From the NCBI RefSeq assembly GCF_009914755.1, contig NC_060945.1: 64,000 nucleotides of DNA. One strand, written 5' to 3'. The notes below the pieces were generated by a model. The model had not been told where the DNA came from and did not search any database. It saw only the letters and a list, made by a program, of their open reading frames with translations. This document shows, piece by piece, positions 27,521 through 48,649 of the stretch. The position numbers were made by a program, and so were the translations under genes. Source of the DNA: the human T2T-CHM13v2.0 reference genome, Homo sapiens. Numbering within the stretch: the first letter of the stretch is position 1; every line of letters begins with the position of its first letter.

Positions 27521-27878
27521 TCTAAATTATAGCAAGTATGAAATCCTCTATCATCAGCAATGGCATAGAAGGCAGCATAGGAATTTTTAAATTTGCCCTT
27601 GAATTATATTGTAAGCCTTATGTATGAGGTCCTATTTTTGCAAAGTGCTGAGCACCCCGTCCTATAATGAGGAGTGCCCACTTTCCTTTCTCAATTGGTC
27701 TGTCTTATAACATTTACGAAGAGACTCACAGTCTCTCTGTGGCCTTGTATTCTTGGCTAATATCCCTTTTTTTTCTTCCTGGAGTACTCTCTACTCTGTC
27801 TTAGAGTTTCCAACTGTTTATCTGAAGTAGTGGTGTCAGCCTCTGCAATGCTTTCTGTTCTACAGGGTGTAGGGTCTT

Positions 27879-28180
27879 TTTTTTTTTTTTTTTTTTTTTT
27901 TTGAGACAGGGTTTCACTTCCTTGCCCATGCTGGATCACAGTGGCATGATAATGGCTCACTGCAGCCTTGACCTCCTAGTCCCAAACTAATCATCCCAAC
28001 AGCCTCCCAAGTAGCTGGGACTACAGGTACACACCATCGTGCCTGGCTAACTTTTGAACTGTTTTGTAGAGGTTTCCCCATTTTGCCTAGGCTGGTCATG
28101 AACTCCCGGCCTCAAGCCATCCAACCCACCTCAGCCTTCCAAAGCACTGAGATTACAGGCATAAGCCACAGTGCCCAGCT
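27879..28180 (-). mobile_element. AluJ
   Basis: J features (gctcactgcagccttgacctcc); TSD g(g/a)gtgtagggtctt. Confidence 0.9.
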
Positions 28181-31074
28181 GAGTGTAGGGTCTTGATCCT
28201 CTGGTCTGTCCCACCTTGTCTTCTTTTGCTACAAGTAATTAGACAAAGTTCTAAGGTACAACAGGGATGCTGAGTCTAGTTTGTTTAAAGATACTATTCA
28301 GTTCCTATGAAAAGATCCATGAGTGTGTAGCTTGGTTTTTAGTACAGCCTTGACAAGTTAATCCAGTAGAGAAACCTGCATGCAAATGTGATTTCTGATT
28401 ATAGCCTTGGCTACTTACGCAGTTTTTGGTGTTACTGAATTTTTTTAAACAACTTTCCAATTTCACAGGCTTACCCAAGGGTATGATCAGTGAAAACCAC
28501 AGCTTCTTTGTTAGTTGTAAAGGACTCGGAAGTCAGTGATGGCTGTTGTTGACTCACTCATAAACAGCACATTAAGGAAAAGGAAGTTGAACAGTCGTCT
28601 ACAGTTGTAAAAGGAGCACAAATAGTCTCTGTTTAATTTTTTTTTCTTTTTATATGTGGCCCGTCTAACAATTCTATCATGATCATCGTCAATCATTATC
28701 ATCCTCCTCAACAAAGCTCTAATTTTATTTAGTTTCAGAAAAATTTAAGCTGATGGCAGTTCAATCCCTTTGAACCTGTGATTGAGATCATATTGTTCTT
28801 TAATTGTGAAGCCTCATTTAGATTAATATTAATAAAATATTTATATAAATTTTGATGATTTTATAAATGTAGTCTTGACAGAATGATATGATCTCAATCA
28901 CAGAATAGTATTTGTGAGAAACCAATGCTACCTCATTCAGTAACTTTACCTTATATAGTTATTGGCTGTTTAGTTTTTCTTCTTCGTGGTCAAACAAAAC
29001 ATAGTAATCAGATTTACAAACCTAGTAATCAGATTATGAGATTATTCAACTCAAATATATACAATATAATTGTACTACATGAGCTGTTTGTACAAACATT
29101 TTCACTAACATCACCAGAATTGAGAAATATGTAAAGTAATGTATATTTTTTATTAGATAGTTTAATTCCAGCCAAGTATCAAGCCGTTTCCATAATCTGA
29201 CATACTAGCTAAGGGAAAATAATGAGGCCACTCAGAAGTTTCTTTTTCTAGTTGTCTCAGTAGCTTGGATGTGATAAGCATGAAAAAACATGAATTGCTA
29301 AACCAAATTAAAAAAAAATTTCTGAAACTATATAACACTTCTGAGAGGGCTGCAGATTTGTTAGCAGGTTGTTTTTCAGTCTGAAAAAAATGATTAAATA
29401 TTTCTACTGGGAATGGAACATTTCAGTCATAACAAAATATAAACTCTAAGGAAGCTAATACTAATATTGTTTGTTAAAATCCTTTTGTATTCTTTGCTTT
29501 TCATGGAGGGAGAGAGTTAAGTTACAAGGGAATGGTGAACCACAACAAATGAAAAGTCGTTTTGTGAGTAGTGTACCTTTGCATTGCTGTATTTCGAAAG
29601 GTTTGCAAAAAAAAAAATGAAAAAGAATGTCAATTATTTTTCTCTAAAATTGTGCCTAATTATGTTATATGATATTAAGTTAACTAATGTTTAAAGAGAA
29701 TACATAGTATGCAAAATACTTCACACTTCACACATATCATTTTTAATTGAATTGTTAAAAAAAAATAAGCACAATTGCCCCTGTTTCACCAATGATTAAA
29801 TTAAGATGGCCATAATCTATGGAAGCTGCCCAAAGAAAAACAGTGATGGAGTCAGATATAAATGAGTCAGACTCCAAATCCCAATCCCTTTTTCATAAAG
29901 TGTTTAGTAAATATTTTGATCTAAAATGTAAGAGTGTGGCTATAAAAATGCCAACTATATAATAGTTTGATTCTTGTTTCTATTTATTTGAAACCTAATT
30001 AGTGTATTTCCACAGTATATAACATAATGCTAAAAGAGAAATTTGGTATTTTCAGTTTCCTTTAAATTTTCTGACCTGATTTTATTTTATAAACAATTTG
30101 CATTTACCAGAATGTTAGAAACTCGGTAATTATGTTTTGGTTCAGTGTTTTTTACCTGCCATCTACTTTACATAAAAAACATTTCTGTAAAAGGAAGCAG
30201 ATTTTAATGAGCAAGCTACACAGAAATTTTCATCTCACACTTAACAATGGATATTATTGTTCTTATAATTTGCACTTCTCAGTCATAAGACATCCCTCTG
30301 TGGTTGTCATAATTGGTCTAATGAATTTCTTAAAATAAATGAAAGTCTAATTTGATCCGGTGCCCATGAACAATCCACTCATTCAAATCTAAATCACTGA
30401 CCTGATTTGAAGACGAATCATGCCAAAATGAAGTCATGCTTTCCTATTAAGTGTGTTGCCTCAGTGCAAGCTTTTGAATGGCTTGTTCTTAAGGTTTGAA
30501 GTGGGGATTTCCAGTGACAAAGAAACACAATTTGATCTCATAACCCTAGACACCCAGACTTATTTTAAATGACAGAGACTTAAGATTGAGAGAAAATCTG
30601 AGTCATCGTCCAGTTCAGTACTTTTCACTTAGTGGGAAATGTTCTGGTCACCTTGGGTTTGAACAGTTTAGCAACATTGCAGGATCTTCTACAGATGCAT
30701 ACATAAGCATTTGAACAAATTCTCTAGGTAGGCAAAGATCATTGCAGCTGAATGTCTAATGATCTTTATCGCAGACTTATCTATCCAATGTTCCAGGGTA
30801 AATGTTCTATTATTAACATTCCTGAGGAAATACATTCATGGATATATATGTTTAGCTATATTATTTAACTACTATTTCAAATCTATATCAAGACTGGTCT
30901 TAACATTTCTAAAATAAGTAACTATATCAACATCATAAAAAATGCTGCCACATTTTTTTCGAGAAAGAAATACTCTCTAGACATAGTGTTAAACCTTTCT
31001 GCATTAGAACTAAAAACCGTGAAAAGAAGAACAGTTTTTATTGTGTTAAGACACTGATTGCTGGTTAGGAAAGA

Positions 31075-31120
31075 GTGTGTGTGTGTGTGTGTGTGTGTGT
31101 CAGAGAGACAGAGAGAGAGA
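31075..31120. repeat. (GT)13 followed by an (AG)n microsatellite
   Basis: Read directly. Confidence 0.95.
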
Positions 31121-31579
31121 AAAGCAGGGGAAGCTTGTAATGCATAATCAAATAGTAAGGTTATGAGAGATTTATCCCAGATTATCTATAATTTTCATTG
31201 GTCCATGAATGGTGGAGGAAAGGTAAAAATATCTTTAATTCCAGATTTCATCTTTGGCCACCAACAAAGGGGCATCACTTATCCTATTGGTTTTAAATAC
31301 CAATGAACTAGTGTAAAAGATGAGGATTCATAAATTATTTCACTCAGAACAAAGCTTTCAAATGTCTGAAACTAGCCAGAATCTTGTCAACAATTTCCAA
31401 AATCAGATTCTGAAATTTGATGTTGTTTGCAAAACTCCTTCACCAAGATTCCCAAGAAAGGAAAATGATAGGAGTGAAGTTTGGGAGAGAGGACATAATA
31501 AAAACATAAAATTGAAGAATTTGTTCTTGATCATTGTGGAAATAGGAGAATACCATATTTTATATTTATTAATTAACTT

Positions 31580-34245
<2,666 letters not shown>

Positions 34246-34384
34246 GAAATAAAACAGAATGTATGGAATATTGATTTTAATTGATCAATATGCCATTCCA
34301 ACTAGTTTTGATTTTATCCCGTTGAATTTATCCTGGTTATTTTTAATTATATCATCATAATTACATTTAATAAAAATGTTACAA

Positions 34385-34665
34385 AAATTAAAAATTTAGA
34401 GATTGGCAGAATGGATAAAAGTATGGTTAACTATATGCTCTCTAAAAGAGATACTTTATATTCAAAGACACAATATGTTGAAATTAAAGTGAAGGAAGGG
34501 GATATACCATGAGTAGCCAAAATAGAGCTAGATATACTAATACAGACACATATATTTTAAGACAAAATTTGTTACTGAAGTCAAAGACATTATAAAATGA
34601 TGAGTGATTCAATTCATCAGGAAGTTATAACAATTATAAATGTATATATGCCTAGCTAAAGAAAT
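34385..34665 (+). mobile_element. Old L1M ORF2 endonuclease-region fragment (left part; continues at 38346)
   Basis: agagattggcagaatggataaaa...aacaattataaatgtatatatgcc. Confidence 0.75.
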
Positions 34666-38345
<3,680 letters not shown>

Positions 38346-39724
38346 AAAAAACATAAAGCAAAAATACACAGAAATGATAGAGAAATAAACAATTTGACAA
38401 CAATAGTTGGAGGTTTCAGTACCTCACTCTCAACTGTAGATGGAACAACTAAGCAGAAGATTACAAGGATCAATCTTAAAAACAAACTAGAACTAAAAGT
38501 CACCCATGGAACAACCATACCTGGAACATTCTTTGACTATCCATTGGCTTACAAAACAAGGCACAATAAATGTAAATGACTGAGATCATACAATGTATGT
38601 TCTTTGGCCCAAATGGGATGAAATTTGAAATCAATTACAGAAGAAAATTTGGAAAAATCCCAAATATGTGAAAATTAATAAACTCCCTAAATAACAAATG
38701 AATCAAAGAATAAGTTAAAGAAAAATGAGAAAATATTGTGAGATTAAAAAAATAGAAACAAAGCATACCAAAACTTACAGGATAAAGATAAAATAGTACT
38801 TAGAGGAAAAAGTATAGCTGCCAATGTCCATATTTTTAAAAATCCAAATCAATAATATGACTATCTTAAGAAACTAGAAAAAGAAGAGCAAATTCTAGTC
38901 AAAAAAGCAGAAGGAAGGAGATAATAAAAATGAGAGTGGAAATAAATAAAATAAAGATTAGAAAAGTTATAGAGAAAACCAGTGAAATAAAAGATGTGTA
39001 ATTCTTTAAGAAGGTCAACAAATAATGACAAAACTTTAGATAGATGAAATAGGAAAACAAAGAACAAAGACTCAAATTACTAAAATCAGAACGAAGAGGA
39101 ATAGCAGCACTAACGAATTTTCAGATACCTAAAAATAGTATATGTCCACAAATTATATAACCTAGATGAAATTAACTCCTCAAAGACATAATCTAATTTA
39201 AATGACTCAAGAATAAATACAAAATGTAAATAAACCAATAACAATTAAAGAAATTGTATTTGTAATAAAATCGTTTTCACAAAGGGTAGTCCAAACCCAG
39301 ATAGCTTCATTGGTGAGTTCTACCAAATGTTTATGAAACGGTAATATCAATCCTTCACAAACTATTCAAAAATAAAATTAAATTAAAAGGTAGAGCAAGC
39401 ACTTCCTAACTTATTCTGTGAGGCCAAAATTACCTTAATGCCAAAACCAAACAAAGCCATCATGGGAAAATAAACTACACACTAAAATACCTTATGAATA
39501 TAAATGCAAGATTTCTAAACAAAATATTAGCAAACTACATCCAGCAATATATGGAAAAGAACTGATTATTTTCCATGACCAAGGATTTGTCCTGGGAATA
39601 CAAGCTTGTTTTAACATTCAAAAACAAGTCAGGGTAAAATACCATCTCGATACAATAAAGGACAAAAAAATACATGATAGATACAGAAAAAGCATTTGAC
39701 AAAATCACACACTATTTAAAACAA

Positions 39725-39755
<31 letters not shown>

Positions 39756-40616
39756 GACCCAGGAAGCTAGTTATAGAAGGAAACTAGCTCAACCAAATAA
39801 AGGTTATTTACAAAAGCCCCAAGCCAACATTATACTTAATAGTGAAGACTGAATGATTTACCCCTAAGTTCAGGACAGATGGATATTCTCACAGTGACTG
39901 CGCAACATTGTACTAAAGGATCTGGCCCGGACAATTTGGCAAGAAAAAGAAATAAAAGTCATCCAGATTGGAAAAGAAAAAGTACAACTATCTCTATTAG
40001 CAGATGACATAATCTTGGACATGGAAAATTCTAATGAATCTGCATAAAAACCTCTTAAATCTAAGAAATGAATTCAGTAAGACTGCCAGATACAAGATGA
40101 CTACCCCAAAAGCAGCTGTATTTCTATACATTTTCAATGAAAAATTCAAAAATTAAGAAAACAACTCCATTTAAAATAACATCTAAAATTTAAAATCACT
40201 TAGGAATAAATTTAACAAAAGAATCAAAGTCATGTACACTGAAAACTAAAAACTGTTGTTGAAAGAAACTAAATAAAAGGTAAGCCACCTGATGGTTACG
40301 TATAAGAAAATTAATATTATTAAAATGGTAAAATTTTCAAAATAATCTACAGATTCAGTACATTCTCTACCAAAATCCAAGTTTCCTTTTTCAAAATTGA
40401 CAAGGTGATATTTAAATTCATAAGGAATGTAAGGGACCAAGAATGGCCAAAATCATCTTGAAAAAGATTGAAGTTGGAAGACCCTGACTTCCTGATTTAA
40501 AATTTACTGTAAAACTACATTAATCAAGGCATTGAAGGATTGGCACAAAGATAAATATATATATATATATAAAAGGTTGCTCAGACAATGCACTGGAGAA
40601 AGAAGTCTTTTCAACA
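38346..40616 (+). mobile_element. Old L1M ORF2 remnant (right part)
   Basis: Collinear continuation of 34385-34665; gcagatgacataatc, gtcttttcaaca. Confidence 0.8.
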
Positions 40617-40924
40617 GAAGACCCTTCTAAAATTTGGGGATAATGTGGTCCTTCTTAGAGGCACTTGATACCTCAACCATATCCCATGACGGTGAACAAA
40701 GTTTCCCTGGCCTTGTGAAGGGTGGACAGAAACAAGCCATGAAGCAGGCCTAGAATGGTATCCAAGAATCCTTCGGCATGCAGTCTTCCTTTCTTTGTCA
40801 CTTATATCCAGGTTAGAGATATTTTTCTTGTGTTTATGTAAAGTATGAGAACATGTATCACACTATCTAGATTCCTACCTATATACTCTATTTATATTGA
40901 TGTATTTCTGAATTTACCACCCTC

Positions 40925-41045
40925 CTATGGGAATGTAATCTCTCGAAGGAAGGGACCAAGGGCATCTTGCTCAACATTTGTACTATTCACCTAATATGCT
41001 TAGCATGTCACAGTTGACAGCAAAGTATTTGCTTATTGACCAATC
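40925..41045 (+). mobile_element. L2 3' end fragment
   Basis: gaatgtaatctctcgaaggaagggacc...gtatttgcttattga. Confidence 0.55.
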
Positions 41046-41112
41046 AATTAATTTTAAAAATCCATACATCAACTCATATTTCTCTAAAAATGAATTATTG
41101 ATCAGCCATTAT

Positions 41113-41174
41113 AAGAAAGAAAAGAAAGAGAAAGCAAGCAAGCAAGGAAGGAAGGAAGGAAGGAAGGAAAGAAG

Positions 41175-41225
<51 letters not shown>

Positions 41226-41348
41226 AGAAAGAAAGAAAAAGAAAGAAAGAAAGAAGAAAGAAAGAAAAAGAAAGAAGAAAGAGAGAGAAAGAAAGAGAGA
41301 GAGAGAAAGAAAGAGAGGGAGGGAGGGAGGGAAGGAAAGAAGAAAGAG
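41113..41348. repeat. Compound (GAAA)n/(GGAA)n/(GA)n polypurine microsatellite
   Basis: 41144-41348 is 205 nt containing only A and G. Confidence 0.97.
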
Positions 41349-41423
41349 TGAGTCAGACAAGGAGAGGTGAGCTAGCTTTGTAAATATCCATAATCCATTT
41401 TTAACTATAACTAAGAAATCACG

Positions 41424-42217
41424 TTGCCCAAGGCCTTGGGAGTCCACTCCTTGTACCAGCAAGCCTTGGATGTCAGACATGAAATCAAAAGAGATTATTT
41501 TGGAGCTTTAAGTTTTAATGACTGCCTTGCTGGGATTCCAACTTGCTTGGGGCCTGTATCTTCTTTCTTTTGGTCAATTTCTCCCTTTTTGAACAGGAAT
41601 GCTTACCCAATTCCTATACCTCCATTGCATCTTGGAAGTAAATAACCTGTTTTTTATTTTACAGGATCATAGATGGAAGGGACTTGCCTTGTCTCAGACA
41701 GGACTTGGGACTTTTGAGTCAATGCTGGAATCAGTTAAGAATTTAGGGGACTGTTGGGAAGGCATGATACCATTTTGAAATGTCAAAAGGGCATGAGATT
41801 TGCGAAGGGCCAGAGCAGAATGATATACTTTTCAGAATGATATCCCCCAAATATCATGTTGAATTGTAATCCCCAATGCTGGGGTGAGGTCTTGTGGGAG
41901 GTGTTTGGATCATGGAGGCAGATCTCTCATGACTTGGTACTTACTTCATGATAGTGAGTTCTCATGGGATCTAGTCCTTTAAAAGTGTGTGGCACCTCCT
42001 CTGCTCACTCTCTTTCTTGCTCCTGCTTTTACTATGTGACATGCCAGCTCTCCCTTTACCTTCTGCCATGATTGGAAGCTTCCTGAGGCCTTCCCAGAAG
42101 CAGATGCCAATATGCTGCCTGTACAACCTGCAGAACTGTGAGTCAATACAACCTCCTTTTTTATAAACTACCCATTCTCAGATGTTTCTTTACAGCATGC
42201 AAGAATGGCCTAATACA
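41424..42217 (+). mobile_element. MSTA-like MaLR: 3' internal fragment plus LTR (41821-42217)
   Basis: gggacttgccttgtctcaga; gtgtttggatcatggaggcagatc; ends gcctaataca. Confidence 0.85.
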
Positions 42218-43026
42218 CAGTTTAATGAGGATGCTGTATTTTGCAAATATATTTGTCTCCCCACAAATCACCTGATGTGTTTTGATCAGATAGCTCTTCT
42301 AATTAATATTAGAGGATATAATTTATAGAAATTAATATATTTTTGTAATTTTTGTTCTGTAAAACTATTAATATGTAGTTTGCTATAATTATACAATATA
42401 AGCTAAGTTTTTGAAAATTTATTCACAATTTTGACAGTGAAATAAACACAAGTATGTTGGTAGCAACATTATTAAAATTTAATCTATTTTTTAAAAATGG
42501 TAATATGTGCATTGAGAAGAAAAGTAAAAGACCATAAGAGAACACAAAGTAAAAATCAAAATTCTTTTACCTTTCTCCTCCAGCCAACCAAGGAATCAAC
42601 CGATAGAAACAACTCTGTGTTTGTAGGTTTGAATATGTGTTATATGCACTTATAAATTCTTCCAGAGAAACTCTATACACGTAACAGAAGCTTTTTACAC
42701 AAATGTTTGCACTTAGCACACATTGTTCTGAAATTTGCTCCCCCTCACCTCCCCACACCCCAATGAGTTGAATGCTATATATTAGAAAACCTTATGTTTT
42801 TATATAACACTATAGTATAATGCTATTTCATTATTATTTGAAATTATACATAAATTATAATTTTCATTGAATGGATATTATAGAGCTAATTAACACAAAT
42901 TACTTTTAATTTTCTTATTTAGTGTTGTCATTTATAGCAAAATTCTGGTAATACTATTTTAATAGTCTTCTGAAAATCTACTACCCAAACAGGTATTAAC
43001 GTAATGTCTTGCTATTGCGTTGAAAA

Positions 43027-43092
43027 TGTCTCTAAATAACTTGCATTGTTATTGTCTCTAAATAATTGCAGTTACTGTCTCTAAATAACTTG
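43027..43092. repeat. Short tandem repeat, ~25-bp unit, 3 cores
   Basis: tgtctctaaataa at 43027, 43053 and 43076. Confidence 0.9.
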
Positions 43093-44336
43093 AAATTCGG
43101 TATATTGTGCTTTCCTTATTTTGAAATGTTTAAAAATAAATTGGTCTTTATTTACTTGCATAAATATATTAGATTTTTCTAAGTACTATTTTTATATTTT
43201 ACCTACTTTCACTGAAATATGTAAACACTCTCAAAGAAGTGTCTGGGAATTTTTATTTGCTGATTTATTTATTATATTTATTTTCTCCTACTTTCTTCTC
43301 TTCTTGATTTTGAAATCCTAAAATCCCTTAATTAAACTCATTTATTTCCTTTAATTATATCTTCCTGTCTCATGAAAACATATTCCTTAATTTTGCCTTA
43401 AAAAGTTATGCACAAAATGAGTTTCCTTGAAAATCAAAAAGCCTCAAACAGTAAAACAAATACAAATAAGCATACTGTTCACCATTTAGAGTTCTGATGG
43501 AAGGGAAAAGGTCAGAGGAAATGGAAAACATGAAACTAGCACGTTTCCTGGCTAAAATGTGTATAAGGATTGTGTCAGGTCTCCTATTCCATTTATAAGT
43601 GGAAAGTATGTTTTAGTTCCACACAATACTGAGTAGAAGCTTCAAAGTACAGATATGCTCAGGAACAAATGCATGCTTGTTACTTTTAAATCACTTGTAT
43701 ATATTCTAATGTTCTTTGTCCTCTTGGAGTCTCCAACTCAGATTAATATTTTATTACAGCAGTTACTGTTTTTAAAATGGACAGCCTGACTTAATCTCAA
43801 TTTGTTAACAGTGATTTAAATGAAATATCTTTGAATAATTAATATTAAGTATTCACGATATGTAAAAGACTAGTTAGCTAGGTTAACTTTGCTTAATAAA
43901 AATGAAGTGACTGAAGTCAATGTACATGATGAGCTATATTTCTTGAATGCCTTTATACTTGTATTTGTTGATTTGTTGGAAAGAAACCTGAACATTTATT
44001 AAGGTTTCATTATATGGCTAAAGAATTGTATGCTTTTCAACCACAGTGCACTCTGTTTTTTGTTATTAAAGAAGAAAGCTCAACTTAACTAAAAATGGAG
44101 ATTTGCTTGTTAGATGATTGTTTTTAAGAATAATTGTGTTTTGTTTCTACATGCAGAAGCTAATTTTAAATACTTATTGAATTAAAAAGAAAAAAGTATG
44201 CAAAATTATAAAAATTTTGGCCAGTATTTTTACTGCTTAAATAGTGTAAATCATTTTTAAAAGTCATTAATTTGTCTATCAGGAATAATCAATGGATGTT
44301 ACACAGCATCTTTCTGTCTCTGTTAAGAAAGGTTTT

Positions 44337-44612
44337 AGCCAGGCGCGGTGGCTCACGCCTGTAATCCCAGCACTTTGGGAGGCCTAGGTGGGTGGATCAT
44401 GAGGTCAGGAGATCGAAACCATCCTGGCTAACACAGTGAAACCCCGTCTCTACTAAAAATACAAAAAAGTTAGCCGGGTGTGGTGGCGGGCGCCTGTAGG
44501 CAGGAGAATGGCATGAACCCGGGAGGCGGAGCTTGCAGTGAGCTGAGATCGCGCCACTGCACTCCAGTCTGGGCGACAGAGCGAGACTCCGTCTCAAAAA
44601 TAAAAAAAAAAG
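44337..44612 (+). mobile_element. AluY with a ~23-bp internal deletion
   Basis: cgcctgtag joined to gcaggagaatgg; TSD aagaaag(g/t)tttt. Confidence 0.93.
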
Positions 44613-44734
44613 AAGAAAGTTTTTTGACACAAACAAAGCACTTGATAAAATATTTGAAATTAAGATATTTCAATTAAAATCAAATAATAAAATGTGAATC
44701 TGCCAAAGAAAATATTTTGTTTATATTGTGTTAA

Positions 44735-46322
44735 GACATACTGTCAACTTTTCAAATGCATAGTATAGTATTGTTAACTATAGGCACGATGTTATGCAGT
44801 AGATCTCTAGGTCTTATTTATCTTGCGTAATTGAAACTTTGTACACATTAAGTAGCAACCTCTCATTTCCATTCTCCACAGTCGTTGATAACCACTATTC
44901 TGCTCTGTTTCTGAGTTTGACGATTTTAGATATTTCGTATAAATGGAGTCAAGCAGCATTTGTCCTTCTGTGACTGGCTTGTTTCACTTAGCATAATGTC
45001 CTTCAGGTTAATCCATTTTGTCACCTATAACAGGATTTCTTTCTTTTGTAAGTCTGTATAATATTCCATTGCACAGGCAGACACATTTTCTTTATCCATT
45101 TATCTATTGATGGAGATTGAGGTTTTTTTATCTTGGCTCATGTGAATAATGCTACAGTGAACAGGGGAGTGCAGATACTTACCCAAGATCTTGGTTTTAA
45201 TTATATATACCCCAAACTGGGAATGCTGGGTCACATGGTAGTTCTATTTTTATTTTTTTGAGAGACCTTCTTACTGTTTTCCATAGCAGTTGCACCATTT
45301 TATATTCCCATCAACAGTACAGAAAAGTTCCAACTTCTCTATATCCTTATCAATGCATTTTTTAAAAAATAATAGCCATCTTAACAGGTTTGAGGTGAAA
45401 ATATTGTGGTTTTGATTTTCATTGCCCTGCTGATTAGTGATGATGATTATAATATTTTTCATATACCTGTTGGCTATTTGTATGGTTTTTTTTTTTTTTT
45501 TTTTTTTGGCTAAATGTCTATTCAAGTCCTTTGCCTATGGCTTAATCTGCTTTTTTTTAATTACTGCATTGTAGTTCATATATTTTACATATTAACATCT
45601 AACAGATACATGGTTTGGAAAAACATACATTTTCCCCGAGTTCATATGTTGCCTTGTCACTCTGTTGATTGGTTCCTTTGCTTTGCACAAGCTTTTTAGT
45701 TTAATGTAGTTCTGCTTGTCTATGTTTGTTTTGGTTGCCTGTGCTTTTGCTATTACATTCAAGAAATCATTGCCAACACAAATATCATAAAGCATTTTTT
45801 CTGTATTTTTTCTAGGAGTTTTACCGTTTCACGTCTTACATTAAAAAATTTATTCCATGTGGAGTTGATGTTTTTTGTATAGCGTAAGAGAAGGATCCAA
45901 TTTCATTGTTTGCATGAGGTTATTCAGTTTTTCCAATACCATGTGTTGAAGAGATTATCCCTTTCCCATTTTGTATTTTTGTCCCACTTGTCAAAATTCA
46001 AGTATATGTGACAGTACATAACAATATATGTAGGGATTTATTTCTGTACTCTCTATTCTATTTCATTGGTGTATCTGTCTGCTTTGTGCTACTATTATGC
46101 TATTTTAATTATTGTAGCTTTGTAATGTATTTTGAAACCTGGTAGCGTTATGCCTTCATCTTTGTTCTTCTTTCACAAGATTGCTTTGGTTACTCAGGGT
46201 CTTTTTTGGTTCCATATGAATTTTATAATTGTTTTCAATTTTTGTAAAAACTTGCCATTGGGATTTTCATAGGGATGTTATTGAATCTATACCCTGTTTT
46301 GGATAGTATGGACATTTTAACA
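44735..46322 (-). mobile_element. L1MA (L1MA9-like) 3' part
   Basis: tattgttaactataggcacgatgttatgcagtagatctctag; antisense ORF2 C-terminus. Confidence 0.85.
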
Positions 46323-46861
46323 TGAAGTTTTATTCAATGTTTACTCTCATCTCAGTGAATGAGAACTGGAAAAGAAAACTTAGAGCAGCATTTATTCTAC
46401 TGATTTTGATTATTTCTGTTTTTCTGATTCATTTGGAAGTGGGTGAGTGGGTGACTGAAGAATCTCAGTGGAATTTTTAAGCCTACCAAAAAAAACAGCT
46501 TTACTGGGTCAAAAATTACTCAGGGTAAGTCAGAGATATGACTCTAAACTTATTTAAAGATCCCACTGTAATTTCCAGCCACCCACTACAAAATCAGCCA
46601 GTGAAGCAGAAATCATCAAAACTATTTGAGTAAGTGCCATTCTGCATTCTCTTTTCAATTTTCTTTTCTAGTTTTCATTCACTGAAGTGAAGAATAAGCA
46701 TTGAATATAACTTCGTGTGATTTTATGGTTCTTAAGTGGTGTCCAATTTCAGAAAAGAAAAATAAGTCTCTTTCCTGATGTACTTCATGCTGCTTTGATG
46801 ACCACTGCCTTGGTTTATGCATTTTTCTTCATATGAATTTCAGCAGTGACCTTTTTATGGA

Positions 46862-47282
<421 letters not shown>

Positions 47283-47399
47283 TAAAATTCTAAGCAATGT
47301 TCACACACATGCATACACACATAAACACACACGCACACACATGCATACACACTGAGAACGTACTATCCACCAGGAATGGTCCTAATTGACATACCAAAG

Positions 47400-47580
47400 A
47401 TGTATAAAAATTAAGTTGATCTTCACAACAATCAAATGGGTGGGTACCATTATTATCCTATTATGTGGATGAGTAAAGAAACTGGACTCAGAGAGATAAT
47501 TTGCTCAAGTTTGCACAGCTATTGAAAGAGATTTGCCTGATTTCAAACCCAGTTAGGCTTATTCTTCATCTTAGGCACTA
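47400..47580 (-). mobile_element. MIR fragment
   Basis: cattattatcctattatgtggatgag...actcagagag...tttgctcaag. Confidence 0.6.
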
Positions 47581-47692
47581 CATAGGTAAGTTTTGTGTAC
47601 AAATATTGGCATTGTTTTAAATTGCAAATAATTAGCGAATTGATCTGAAATTAGCCAAACGGTTTGAAAATTAATACACGATAAGATTAATA

Positions 47693-47907
47693 CAGATCCT
47701 TAATCTGAAATGCTAAGGAACAGAAGTGTTTTGGATTTTAGGGTTTTTTGGATTTTGAGATATTTGCATTATTCTGTTTGAGCATCCCAAATCTGAAATA
47801 TTTGAAGCATTTTACTCAGCATTTTGTTTGAGCATCACTTCAATACTCAAAAGTTTTAAACTGAGCATTCAGAATTACAAATTTTCAAATCTAGGATGTT
47901 TCACCTG
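47693..47907 (+). mobile_element. Tigger4a/MER46A (TcMar-Tigger) MITE
   Basis: gaaatgctaaggaacagaagtgttttggattt...ggatgtttcacctg flanked by TA on both sides. Confidence 0.8.
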
Positions 47908-48149
47908 TATCTCAGTACGATATATTCAAATTTTACAGTATTTGCTGGCTACATATACAATACAAAACATTATGTTCAATCCAAAACATTCTGTGTTGAA
48001 AAATATTTAATATTCTAGAGAGTATTGAAAATAATGTTATAACAATCAGTAAAAAAAATTACACTATATATGAATGCTGAATGAGTCTAAAATACCAATA
48101 TTAAAACAAAATATTTAAATTGGTTAACTCCCATTAAAACTGTGGTTGT

Positions 48150-48649
<500 letters not shown>

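Noticed and set aside
30734-30767. 10-bp inverted repeat aaagatcatt/aatgatcttt
   Set aside because: Too short to exceed chance in AT-rich 64 kb; not a pre-miRNA-length stem.
40978-41480. K/E/R-rich and F/L/S-rich ORFs
   Set aside because: Translations of the GAAA microsatellite.
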